A DNA stretch of 64,000 nucleotides. Origin: Terriglobia bacterium. GTDB lineage: Bacteria > Acidobacteriota > Terriglobia > Bryobacterales > UBA6623. A program made the translations under genes and the position numbers. Below the pieces are notes generated by a model. That model made no database searches, had not been told where the DNA came from, and worked only from the letters and a program-made list of their open reading frames with translations. Positions 17,712 to 26,469 of the stretch are shown here, piece after piece; within the stretch, counting starts at the first letter, position 1, and every line of letters begins with the position of its first letter. The DNA is taken from positions 83,248 through 147,247 of the forward strand of contig VXRL01000002.1 in NCBI GenBank assembly GCA_009838515.1, in the 5' to 3' direction.

Positions 17712-19090
17712 CCATCGTTGGCGGCGGGGTTTCGGGCCTGTCTGCCGCCTACTACTTGGGGCGGCACGGCATTTCCTGCACTCTGATCGAGCGCGAGCAA
17801 AGGCTCGGCGGCATCGTCCGTACCGAGCGCTTCGGTGACTGCTTGGTTGAAGCCGGGCCGGACAGTTGGCTGGCCGAGAAGGCTTGGATGCTGGATCTGG
17901 TCCGCGAACTCGGACTGGGCGACCAAGTGATCGGCTCGAATGATGAGAGGCGGCGCACCTATGTCGTCCGCCGCGGCCGCCCCCGGCCGCTGCCGGAGAG
18001 CATGCGGCTGCTCGCGCCGTCCAAGCCATGGCAGGCGGCCACTAGCGGGCTGTTCGGCTTGGCCGCCAAGGCTCGCATGGCCGGCGAGTGGTTTCGCCGG
18101 CCGCAGACGCTGCCCGAGCGGTCCGTTGCCGAGTTCGTGGAGGACCACTTCGGCCGCGAGGCGGTCGAGTACCTTGCGCAGCCGCTGCTGGCGGGAGTGT
18201 ACGGCTCTCCCCCCGAGGACTTATCGGCCGACAGCGTGATTCCGCGCTTCATCGAATACGAGCGCGAGTACGGCAGCCTGCTGCGCGGCGTGTGGAAGAA
18301 CCGCGAGCGACATCGGGAGGGGGCCCTGTTCCTGACGTTGCGAGAGGGCATGGGTTCCCTGACCGACGCGCTGCGGCGGCAGCTGCCCGGAACCTGCGAC
18401 GTCGTCACGGACGAAGTACGGGAGGTGCAACCGAGCGCCGCTGGCTGGCGAATCCGCGCCGAGCGGGGCGCGTGGGACGCGAGCAGCGTGATCGTCGCGA
18501 CGCCCGCCCCCGAGGCCGGGAGGTTGCTCGCAGGCGTCGACGATGCCCTGGCCGAGGGCCTCAGAAGCATCGTCTATACCTCCTCGGTCGTAGTCGCCCT
18601 GGTGTACCCGCAACTTGGCTTCGGTCATCCCTTGGACGGCTTCGGCCTCTTGATCCCTCGGGTTGAGCGCGGGACGCTTGCCGCCTGCACTTGGACGAAC
18701 ACGAAGTTCGCAGGCCGGGCCGGGCCGGGCAAGGTCCTGCTGCGGGCTTTTCTGGCAGGCTCGGATGCCGAGCGGGCGCTGACGTCGAGCGACGAGGCGG
18801 TTTCAGGGCAAGCGGACGCGGAGCTGCGGCAGCGGATGGATTTTCGACCCGCCATCGAGGTGTCGCGGTCCTACCGCTGGCCCGCGGCGATGCCGCAGTA
18901 CTCGGTGGGTCATGCGACGCGGGTCAGCCAGATCGAAGAGCGGCTGCTCCGGTTCCCGGGGCTGCACTTGGCGGGAAACGGCTACGCCGGGCTCGGCCTC
19001 CCCGACTGCATCCGCCGGAGCGAGTGCATCGCGAGGGCGATAGCGTCCGGAGAAGCGTCCCTCACGACCCCAGCCGCTGGACCGCCATGA
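17699..19090 (+). CDS. hemY: protoporphyrinogen / coproporphyrinogen III oxidase (HemY/CgoX family, FAD-dependent)
   Basis: It starts MSRVAIVGGGVSGLSAAYYL (GxGxxG). The start overlaps the hemE stop by 13 nt. The track ORF is extended artificially to 17162. Confidence 0.85.
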   Translation: MSRVAIVGGGVSGLSAAYYLGRHGISCTLIEREQRLGGIVRTERFGDCLVEAGPDSWLAEKAWMLDLVRELGLGDQVIGSNDERRRTYVVRRGRPRPLPESMRLLAPSKPWQAATSGLFGLAAKARMAGEWFRRPQTLPERSVAEFVEDHFGREAVEYLAQPLLAGVYGSPPEDLSADSVIPRFIEYEREYGSLLRGVWKNRERHREGALFLTLREGMGSLTDALRRQLPGTCDVVTDEVREVQPSAAGWRIRAERGAWDASSVIVATPAPEAGRLLAGVDDALAEGLRSIVYTSSVVVALVYPQLGFGHPLDGFGLLIPRVERGTLAACTWTNTKFAGRAGPGKVLLRAFLAGSDAERALTSSDEAVSGQADAELRQRMDFRPAIEVSRSYRWPAAMPQYSVGHATRVSQIEERLLRFPGLHLAGNGYAGLGLPDCIRRSECIARAIASGEASLTTPAAGPP

Positions 19091-20360
19091 TGGTCATGTC
19101 ATCTGCCTGCGGCGCTTCCCCGCAGAAATCATTGACCTCTTGCAGCAGGGTTTCCAGGAGCTGCTCGGGCGGCAGCGCGGCGTGGGCCCGAGCCGAAGTG
19201 CGCAGGCGCTCGTCGCCGAACTCCTGGAAACGGTCGTTCATGGCCTCGCTGAACCCATCGCTGTAGACCAGCAGGGTCTCGCCGGGCCTCAGTTCCGCCT
19301 CGCCGCGCTCGTAGGGGAAACCCGGAAGCACGCCGAGCACGGGCCCGCCGGTCCGAAGCTGTTCGGGGCGATCCCCTCCGGGCAGCACGAGCGGCGGGTT
19401 GTGGCCCGCGTTGCAGTACTCGAGCCGATGGGTGCCCGTGTCGAGCACGCCGTAGAACATCGTGACGAACTTGTCGGAGTCAGTGCTGGCGTGCAGCATG
19501 TCGTTAGAGCGCGACACGCAACTGGCGACATCGGGCGAGGAGCGACCCTGGCTGCGGATGGTCGCCTGGACGTTGGACATCAGCATCGCGGCTGTGATGC
19601 CCTTGCCCGAAACGTCTGCCAAGCACAATCCGAGACGGTCTTCGCCGAGTTCTAGGAAGTCGAAATAGTCCCCGCCGACCCGCTTGGCGGGCTCGGAGAT
19701 CCCGGCGATGACATAGTCCGGCACTTGCGGCGGCTCTTGGGGCAGCAGGTTCTTCTGGATTTCTCGGGCCAGCCGCAGTTCCTCCTGAAGTACGACCAGG
19801 GCCTTTTCTTCTTCGGCCAGCCGGGCGTTCTCCACCACTTGGGCCGACTGTGTGGCGATGATGCTCAGCAGGCGCTGGTCACCCTCGCTGAAGCCGCTCG
19901 AGCCTTGCTTGTTGAATACGTTCACGACTCCGATCAGGCGGCCCTTGAGCATCATCGGGACGCACAGCAGCGATTGAATGTTGTTGCCGTCCGCAGCGCC
20001 GCGAAAGCGCGTCTCCGATTCGAAATCGTTTATTACCAGCGGCTTGCGGTTCTTCAGCATCCAGCCCGTGATCTGATCGCCCAGGCGCATGGGGATGATC
20101 TGGGAGTCGTCCTGATCGATCTTGCGGACCATCGTCTTGAGGCTCGCCCCTTGCTCGCGCCGGTCGAAGAGCAGGACCGCGCCCTGCTCGACCCGCAAAT
20201 GCTTGACGCACTTCTGCACGATCAAGTCCACGGTGGCGTCGAGCGAGGAGGTCGACGAAACGGCAGTAGAGACCTCGTTGAGGATCGAAAGTTCCTCCAC
20301 CGCCGCCCTGAGGCGGCGGTTTTCTTGCTCGAGGCGTGAGATGTGTCTGGCTGAGTCCAT
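19062..20360 (-). CDS. GAF-domain PP2C/SpoIIE-family serine phosphatase
   Basis: It has an N-terminal coiled-coil plus a GAF domain. The C-terminal PP2C motifs are GGDYFDF, ADVSGKG and YSDG. Confidence 0.85.
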   Translation of the reverse strand: MDSARHISRLEQENRRLRAAVEELSILNEVSTAVSSTSSLDATVDLIVQKCVKHLRVEQGAVLLFDRREQGASLKTMVRKIDQDDSQIIPMRLGDQITGWMLKNRKPLVINDFESETRFRGAADGNNIQSLLCVPMMLKGRLIGVVNVFNKQGSSGFSEGDQRLLSIIATQSAQVVENARLAEEEKALVVLQEELRLAREIQKNLLPQEPPQVPDYVIAGISEPAKRVGGDYFDFLELGEDRLGLCLADVSGKGITAAMLMSNVQATIRSQGRSSPDVASCVSRSNDMLHASTDSDKFVTMFYGVLDTGTHRLEYCNAGHNPPLVLPGGDRPEQLRTGGPVLGVLPGFPYERGEAELRPGETLLVYSDGFSEAMNDRFQEFGDERLRTSARAHAALPPEQLLETLLQEVNDFCGEAPQADDMTIMAVQRLGS

Positions 20361-20409
20361 GGCTTGGCCGGTGGCTAGCGCCGAAACAGCGGCTTGATCC
20401 TAGCGGATT

Positions 20410-20814
20410 TCAACTGCGCTCCACGAGTTCCAGCAGCACGCCGCCAGTCTCGCTCGGGTGAACGAACACGTACTTGTAGCCCTCGGCGCCGATCTGGACG
20501 CGGTCCGTCACCAAGCGGCGCCCCGACTGGCGGATCGCTTCCGCCGCGGCTTCGATGTCGGCGACCCGCAGCGCGAGGTGGTGCATTCCTTCGCCGCGGC
20601 GCTCGAGAAAGCGGGCGATGACCGAGTCTTCGGCGGTGGGCTGCAGCAGCTCGATCCGGCTCTCGCCGGCCGGCAGCAGCGCTGCCTCCACCTTTTCGTG
20701 GGCCACTACGGTACGGTGCGCGGGTTCGACTCCCAAGGCGTCGCGGTAAAACTCCAGCGCCCGATCGATCGAGCGCACGGCGACGCCGATGTGGTCGACA
20801 GTCATCGCTTCCAT
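20410..20814 (-). CDS. methylmalonyl-CoA epimerase (VOC family)
   Basis: The sequence reads VDHIGVAVRSIDRALEFYRDALG ... HHLALRV. An alternative start at 20805 forms an ATGA overlap with the meaB stop. Confidence 0.8.
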   Translation of the reverse strand: MEAMTVDHIGVAVRSIDRALEFYRDALGVEPAHRTVVAHEKVEAALLPAGESRIELLQPTAEDSVIARFLERRGEGMHHLALRVADIEAAAEAIRQSGRRLVTDRVQIGAEGYKYVFVHPSETGGVLLELVERS

Positions 20815-21839
20815 TGTTGCTTGAAGCGGCCCACCACCGCTTGAGCGTACACGTATGGATTAAGCTTGCCCGAGGCGATGGCTGCAGCGGCCCGGTCCAG
20901 ATCCGGCTCGAGTCCCGCGCCGTCCAGCAGCATCGCTTGCAGATCGCCGCTGAGGCGCTTGAGCAGCTGCCGTTTCCAATAGGCCGGGTCGGACGGAGCG
21001 CGGGCGGTCTGTCGCAAGGCCTTGACCAATTCCTCGATACCGTCGCAGCGGCTGGCCGACGTGCGCAAGACGGGCGGCTTGGGCTTTCCAGGGGGGATCA
21101 ACGAGGTCATGGCAAGGATCTGGCGCTCTAGCTCGTCCGCGCCCGGCTGGTCGGCCTTGTTGATCACAAAGACGTCAGCGATCTCCATGATTCCGGCCTT
21201 GGCGGCTTGGATATCGTCGCCAGCGGCGGGGGTCAGCACTACCGCCACCGTGGCCGCGAGGTGCACCACATCGACCTCGCTCTGGCCGACGCCCGCCGTT
21301 TCGATCAAGACCGTGTCGCGACCCGCTGCTTCTAGCAGGGCCAGCGCATCTCCGACTGCGGGCGCCAGTCCCCCCAGCTCCCCCCGGGCTGCCATTGAGC
21401 GGATAAACACGCCGGAATCGCCGTGATGGCGCTGCATGCGCACTCGGTCGCCGAGGATCGCGCCGCCACTGAACGGGCTGCTCGGGTCGACCGCGAGTAT
21501 CCCGACTGACACATCTTCGCTGCGCAAATGGCGCGCGATGCAATCGACCAGCGTGCTCTTGCCGGCACCGGGCGGGCCGGTGATCCCGAAGCGCTGGGCC
21601 ACGGTGTTGGGATCGTGCAGATCGGCCAGCAGTTCATCGGTGCCGGCGGAGCGGTTTTCGACCGCGCTGAGCGCCCGAGCCAATGCGCGCGGATCGCCTT
21701 GCCGGATGCGATCGGCCAGCAGTTTCACTGCCGTCCGCTCCCTGCCGGCAACCGCTCCTGTGTACAGACGTGCCGCATCATGCGGGCCGAATCCGATTGT
21801 ATCCGGGAGACGCATCGGCCCCGCCGCCGCTCCGTGCAA
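20802..21839 (-). CDS. meaB: methylmalonyl-CoA mutase-associated GTPase MeaB/ArgK
   Basis: Walker A motif GPPGAGKSTL and an NKAD motif (VINKADQ). The start codon is uncertain. Confidence 0.85.
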   Translation of the reverse strand: MHGAAAGPMRLPDTIGFGPHDAARLYTGAVAGRERTAVKLLADRIRQGDPRALARALSAVENRSAGTDELLADLHDPNTVAQRFGITGPPGAGKSTLVDCIARHLRSEDVSVGILAVDPSSPFSGGAILGDRVRMQRHHGDSGVFIRSMAARGELGGLAPAVGDALALLEAAGRDTVLIETAGVGQSEVDVVHLAATVAVVLTPAAGDDIQAAKAGIMEIADVFVINKADQPGADELERQILAMTSLIPPGKPKPPVLRTSASRCDGIEELVKALRQTARAPSDPAYWKRQLLKRLSGDLQAMLLDGAGLEPDLDRAAAAIASGKLNPYVYAQAVVGRFKQQWKR

Positions 21840-21898
21840 CGGATCGCTCTGAACGGGTTCTCGCCACCTAGCGGAGCGCTACACTGAGGTTAGTTCTA

Positions 21899-24800
21899 GT
21901 GCCGGAATGGGTGCCTCAGAAATGCGCTGTGCTTGCCGAAAAACCCTCGGTCGCGCGCGACATTTCGAGGGTGCTGGGAGCGACCGGGAGGGGCAGCGGA
22001 TTCTTCCACGGCAACGGCGTGGTGGTGACGTGGGCGATCGGCCATCTGGTGCACCTGGCCGAGCCGCACCAGATCGATCCGGCATGGAAGGAGTGGCGGC
22101 GCGCGCTGCTGCCCATGCTCCCGGGCGACTGGCCGCTGATCGTCGACGAGGAGCGGGCAGACCAGTTCGGCGTCGTCAAGAAGATCCTCAACAGCCCGAA
22201 GATCGATCGGGTGGTCTGCGCCACCGACGCCGGCCGCGAGGGCGAGCTGATCTTCCGCCAGATATATGCGGCCGCGGGCTCGTCCAAGCCCGTGGACCGG
22301 CTTTGGATTTCGTCGCTCACGCAGGATGCGATCCGGCGCGGCTTCCAGAACTTGCAACCGTCCAGTGGCTTCGACGATTTGGCGGCCGCCGCGCGGGCGA
22401 GAAGCCGCGCCGACTGGCTCGTCGGCATGAATCTCACGCGGGCCTACACGCTGGACCACGCCGAGAGCGAAGTGCTCTCGGTAGGGCGGGTGCAGACTCC
22501 AACTCTGGCCATGCTGGTGGAACGCGAGATTGCCATACGGGACTTCGTGCCCGAGGACTACTTGGAGGTCCACGCCGAATTCGATGCAGGCGAGGGACGG
22601 CGCTATCGTGGCGTCTACTTCCGGCTCGAGAAGGGCAAGCGGCAGCAGCGGCTTCCGGCTGACGGCAAGGCAGCGGCGGAGATCGTTGCGAGGGCTCGGG
22701 CCGGCCGCGCCGACATCGTCTCGGTCAAGCGGACCCGGCATCGCCAGCCGCCGCCGCGCCTGTATGACCTCACAGAGCTCCAGCGGCACGCCAACCGCTT
22801 GTACGGCTTCAGCGCCGAGCGCACCCTCGGCATAGCGCAGGCGCTGTACGAGAAGCACAAGGCGATCACATATCCCCGCACCGATAGCCGCTTCCTGTCC
22901 AGCGACGTTGCCAGCCAAGCGCCGCAGATCGCGTCGCGCGTGGCGCGCCGCTATGACGAATCCTTGCTCGCGCCCGGCACTGGCACCGAACCGCTGCCCG
23001 GTCGGTTCGTGAACAATGCCAAGGTCACCGACCACCACGCCATCATTCCGACCGGTTCGGGCCGCGGCGTGCGCGATGGGTCGGCCGAAGCGAAGGTGCT
23101 TGACCTGATCAATCGCCGCTTCCTGCAGGCGTGGCACTCGGAGCACCGCTATTCGTCCACGACCTTGATCACCCGCGTCGTGCACAAGGCCGATGAGGAT
23201 CAGTACCTGTCGAGCGGCAAGGCCATTGACGACCCCGGCTGGAAGCTGCTTGACGTCGCGCCGACGAGCAAGCGCGAGCCCAAGTCCGAGCAGGATCTGC
23301 CGAGCGGCTTGCGTCAGGGCCAGAGGGTGGAGGTGCAAGCGGCCGAGGCAGTCAAGAAGAGGACCAAGCCGCCGCCGCGGTTCACGGACGCAACCTTGCT
23401 GACGGCCATGGAGTCGGCGGGCAAGACGCTTGACAGCCAAGCGCTCTCTGATGCCATGAAGGAGCGCGGGATCGGCACGCCTGCGACCCGTGCCTCGATC
23501 ATCGAAACTCTCCTGAAGCGTTCCTACGTCGAGCGCGAGAAAAAGACCCTGCGAGCCACCGAAAAGGGGATCCGCCTGCTCGACCTGGTTCATCCCAAGG
23601 TCCGCAGCCCCGAAATGACCGGAGAGTGGGAGGCCAAGCTGCGCAGCATCGAGCGTGGCGACGGCGGCTACGCCAAGTTCATGCGGAGCATTGAGGAGTT
23701 CGTGCGCGATGTTGTCGGCGATTCTGGCAACGGTTCAGGCTCCGCAAGCGACCGCGACGCATCCCGCTCTCAGCTGGTGCCGAGCCCGCAGCAGCCCGCA
23801 GCCCGCACCCGGCAGCACCCGCAGCCGAAACAGCGGAAAGCGCTCGCAGCCGACCAAGCTCAAAGGCCCGCGGGCGCGCCCGATGCGGAATCGAGCGTAC
23901 CGAGCGGACCCTCCGAGGAAAGAGCGCCCGCCGCTGCCAAGCCGGCACTCCAGCGGCACGGCTTCGGCTCGCCGCCGCCCGATCAGCCGGCCTCGCCGCT
24001 ACCCTCGCAAGCCGGGCCGAAGCCGGTTTCCGTCTCCCCGGAACGGCTGAACGACCTGCTGCGATCGCGCTTCGGGCATGCCTCCTTCCGCCCCAACCAA
24101 GAGGCGGTCTGCCGGGATGTCGTAGCCGGCAGGGACGTGCTGCTCGTCATGCCCACTGGAGCCGGCAAGTCGCTCTGCTACCAGCTGCCCGGAATCGCCC
24201 GCGGCGACACGACCATCGTGATCAGTCCTCTGATCGCACTGATGGAGGACCAGACGGACAAGCTGCGCCAGCAGGGGTTCAATGCCGAGCGGATTCACTC
24301 TGGCCGCGACCGGCTTGAATCGCGGCGCGTGTGCAAGGAATATGTCGCAGGCGAGCTGGATTTTCTCTACATCGCTCCCGAGCGCTTGGCCGTGCCGGGC
24401 TTTCCCGAATTCTTGGCCAAGCGCACGCCAGCTCTGGTCGCCATTGACGAGGCGCATTGTATCTCCATGTGGGGCCATGACTTCCGCCCGGAATACAGAC
24501 GCTTGCGCGAGCGCTTGCCGTCCCTGCGCCCGGCCCCGGTGATAGCGCTGACGGCGACGGCCACCCCCATCGTCCAGCGCGACGTGATCGACCAATTGGG
24601 CTTGGGGGATTGCAAGCGCTCGATTCATGGGTTCCGGCGCGAGAACCTGCAGATCGAACTCGTGGAACTCGTGCCGTCGCTCCGGCCCGGTGCCTTGGCA
24701 AGGCTGATGCTTGATGACTCGCGGCGGCCGGCGATTGTCTACGCCCCGACCCGCAAGGCCGCCGAGGAGCAGGCCGAGCTCTTGCAGTCGAGCATGACCG

Positions 24801-26104
24801 CAGCTGCCTATCACGCCGGCATGCTTGCCGAGGACCGCGACCGGGTGCAGGCCGCGTTCCTGCGGGGCGACCTTGAAGTCATCGTCGCTACGATCGCTTT
24901 CGGCATGGGCATCGACAAGCCGGATGTGCGCACGGTTGTCCATACCGGGCTGCCCGGTTCGATCGAGAGCTACTACCAAGAGATCGGCCGAGCGGGCCGC
25001 GACGGACTGCCCTCCAAGGCAGTCCTGCTGCACTCGTGGGCGGACCGCAAGACGCACGAATTCTTCTTGGACCGGGATTATCCCGAGCCGCCCAAGCTCG
25101 AGGCCATGTTCAACCGCCTCAGTTCGGCCAAGCTGCCGATCAGCGACTTGGCCGCGGACTTTTCCGGCGATTCCGAACAGTTCGAGAAGGCGCTCGAAAA
25201 GCTGTGGATGCACGGTGGCGTGAGAATCGACGCGGACGATCAGGCCACCAAGGGCGACGGTAGGTGGCGGGCGAGCTATGACCAGCAGCGCGCCTACAAG
25301 ATCCGGCAGCTAGATCAGGTGAGCGAATTCACCCGGTCCAACCAGTGCCGCATGCTCGACTTGGTGCGGCACTTCGACGACGTCGAGGATTCGCTCAAGC
25401 CCTGCCAGCATTGCGACAACTGTGATGCGGAGACCTGCACTGTCAAGACGTTCCGGCCGCCCACGCCGCAGGAATCGGCTGTGCTGGACACGATTCGACA
25501 GGCCCTGCGCGAGCGTGACGGACAGTCGGTCGGCAAGGTCTTTCGCGATTGCGTGGAGCCGAACAAGGTGGATCGAAAGACGTTTGAGCGGCTGGTAGAC
25601 GGTCTGGAGCGGGCGGATCTGGCACGCGTCGCCCCCGATTCGTTTGTCAACGCGCAGGGTGAGTCGATCCAGTTTCGCCGTATCTCGCTTACGCCCGAGG
25701 GTCGCAGTGCGGCCAGCCTCGGCAGCCGCATTAGGTTGCCCGAGGAGGGCGCTGGATTGAAGCCCGCGAAGCGGGCATCGCGTCCGAGAAAGGGCGCTAA
25801 GGCGGGCTCTGCAGGAAAGCGCAACGGTAGTCGCGCCACGAAGCAGTTTGGCTTGGGAGAGGCCCCGCCTCGCGACGATTCTGACGAGCTGATCTTCTCC
25901 GCGTTGCGGGCTTGGCGAAAGACCGAAGCGGGAAGACGCCGGATGCCCGCGTTTCGCGTGTTTCCCGATCGCACCTTGAACGCCTTGGTCGATCGCAAGC
26001 CTTCGAACGAAGCGGAACTGTTAGACGTGCCCGGCGTCGGGCCTACGCTCGCGAAGAAGTACGGGGAGCAGCTGATCCGGGTCATTCGCAGTTCCGGCGT
26101 TTGA
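21899..26104 (+). CDS. fusion protein: DNA topoisomerase III (type IA) N-terminal module plus RecQ helicase C-terminal module
   Basis: The topoisomerase part has VLAEKPSVARDI, ATDAGREGE (as I recall for B. subtilis TopB) and catalytic-Tyr motif ITYPRTDSR. A linker of about 105 aa (nt ~23720-24040) is rich in P, A, S and Q. The RecQ part has FRPNQ, MPTGAGKSLCYQLP, DEAHCISMWGHDFRPEY and YYQEIGRAGRDG. It also has a Zn cluster (C...CQHCDNCD) and a C-terminal HRDC domain. One open frame of 1401 aa. Confidence 0.85.
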   Translation: MPEWVPQKCAVLAEKPSVARDISRVLGATGRGSGFFHGNGVVVTWAIGHLVHLAEPHQIDPAWKEWRRALLPMLPGDWPLIVDEERADQFGVVKKILNSPKIDRVVCATDAGREGELIFRQIYAAAGSSKPVDRLWISSLTQDAIRRGFQNLQPSSGFDDLAAAARARSRADWLVGMNLTRAYTLDHAESEVLSVGRVQTPTLAMLVEREIAIRDFVPEDYLEVHAEFDAGEGRRYRGVYFRLEKGKRQQRLPADGKAAAEIVARARAGRADIVSVKRTRHRQPPPRLYDLTELQRHANRLYGFSAERTLGIAQALYEKHKAITYPRTDSRFLSSDVASQAPQIASRVARRYDESLLAPGTGTEPLPGRFVNNAKVTDHHAIIPTGSGRGVRDGSAEAKVLDLINRRFLQAWHSEHRYSSTTLITRVVHKADEDQYLSSGKAIDDPGWKLLDVAPTSKREPKSEQDLPSGLRQGQRVEVQAAEAVKKRTKPPPRFTDATLLTAMESAGKTLDSQALSDAMKERGIGTPATRASIIETLLKRSYVEREKKTLRATEKGIRLLDLVHPKVRSPEMTGEWEAKLRSIERGDGGYAKFMRSIEEFVRDVVGDSGNGSGSASDRDASRSQLVPSPQQPAARTRQHPQPKQRKALAADQAQRPAGAPDAESSVPSGPSEERAPAAAKPALQRHGFGSPPPDQPASPLPSQAGPKPVSVSPERLNDLLRSRFGHASFRPNQEAVCRDVVAGRDVLLVMPTGAGKSLCYQLPGIARGDTTIVISPLIALMEDQTDKLRQQGFNAERIHSGRDRLESRRVCKEYVAGELDFLYIAPERLAVPGFPEFLAKRTPALVAIDEAHCISMWGHDFRPEYRRLRERLPSLRPAPVIALTATATPIVQRDVIDQLGLGDCKRSIHGFRRENLQIELVELVPSLRPGALARLMLDDSRRPAIVYAPTRKAAEEQAELLQSSMTAAAYHAGMLAEDRDRVQAAFLRGDLEVIVATIAFGMGIDKPDVRTVVHTGLPGSIESYYQEIGRAGRDGLPSKAVLLHSWADRKTHEFFLDRDYPEPPKLEAMFNRLSSAKLPISDLAADFSGDSEQFEKALEKLWMHGGVRIDADDQATKGDGRWRASYDQQRAYKIRQLDQVSEFTRSNQCRMLDLVRHFDDVEDSLKPCQHCDNCDAETCTVKTFRPPTPQESAVLDTIRQALRERDGQSVGKVFRDCVEPNKVDRKTFERLVDGLERADLARVAPDSFVNAQGESIQFRRISLTPEGRSAASLGSRIRLPEEGAGLKPAKRASRPRKGAKAGSAGKRNGSRATKQFGLGEAPPRDDSDELIFSALRAWRKTEAGRRRMPAFRVFPDRTLNALVDRKPSNEAELLDVPGVGPTLAKKYGEQLIRVIRSSGV

Positions 26105-26469
26105 GGGCGTAGTGGTCGTCTGAGATCGCTGCCCAGCCCTGCGTGGCACCGGCCGCGCCTTCGATTGAGATGCGGATTATGCGCATCGAGAGAACCGGCC
26201 TTGTAGGTTCCACGCTCAGATCTCGGCATGCGAATCGCACATCTACTGTCGCTCCGGACAGGGACGAACGATTCGGACTCGGCACCGTGATCGGTCGGAA
26301 CTGCGGCAACGCTCTGACCGCTTTTCAGAAGCAGGCGAGGCCACGGCTGCGACCGTTCCGGGCGAGCCGCTCGTGCGAAGAGGTCGCCCATTGGACTACG
26401 AGACACCCGAATCCGAGGGAGGTCTGGCCTACATGTCTGGAAGGGCATCGCCTGGCCGCGTCCCGCGAC

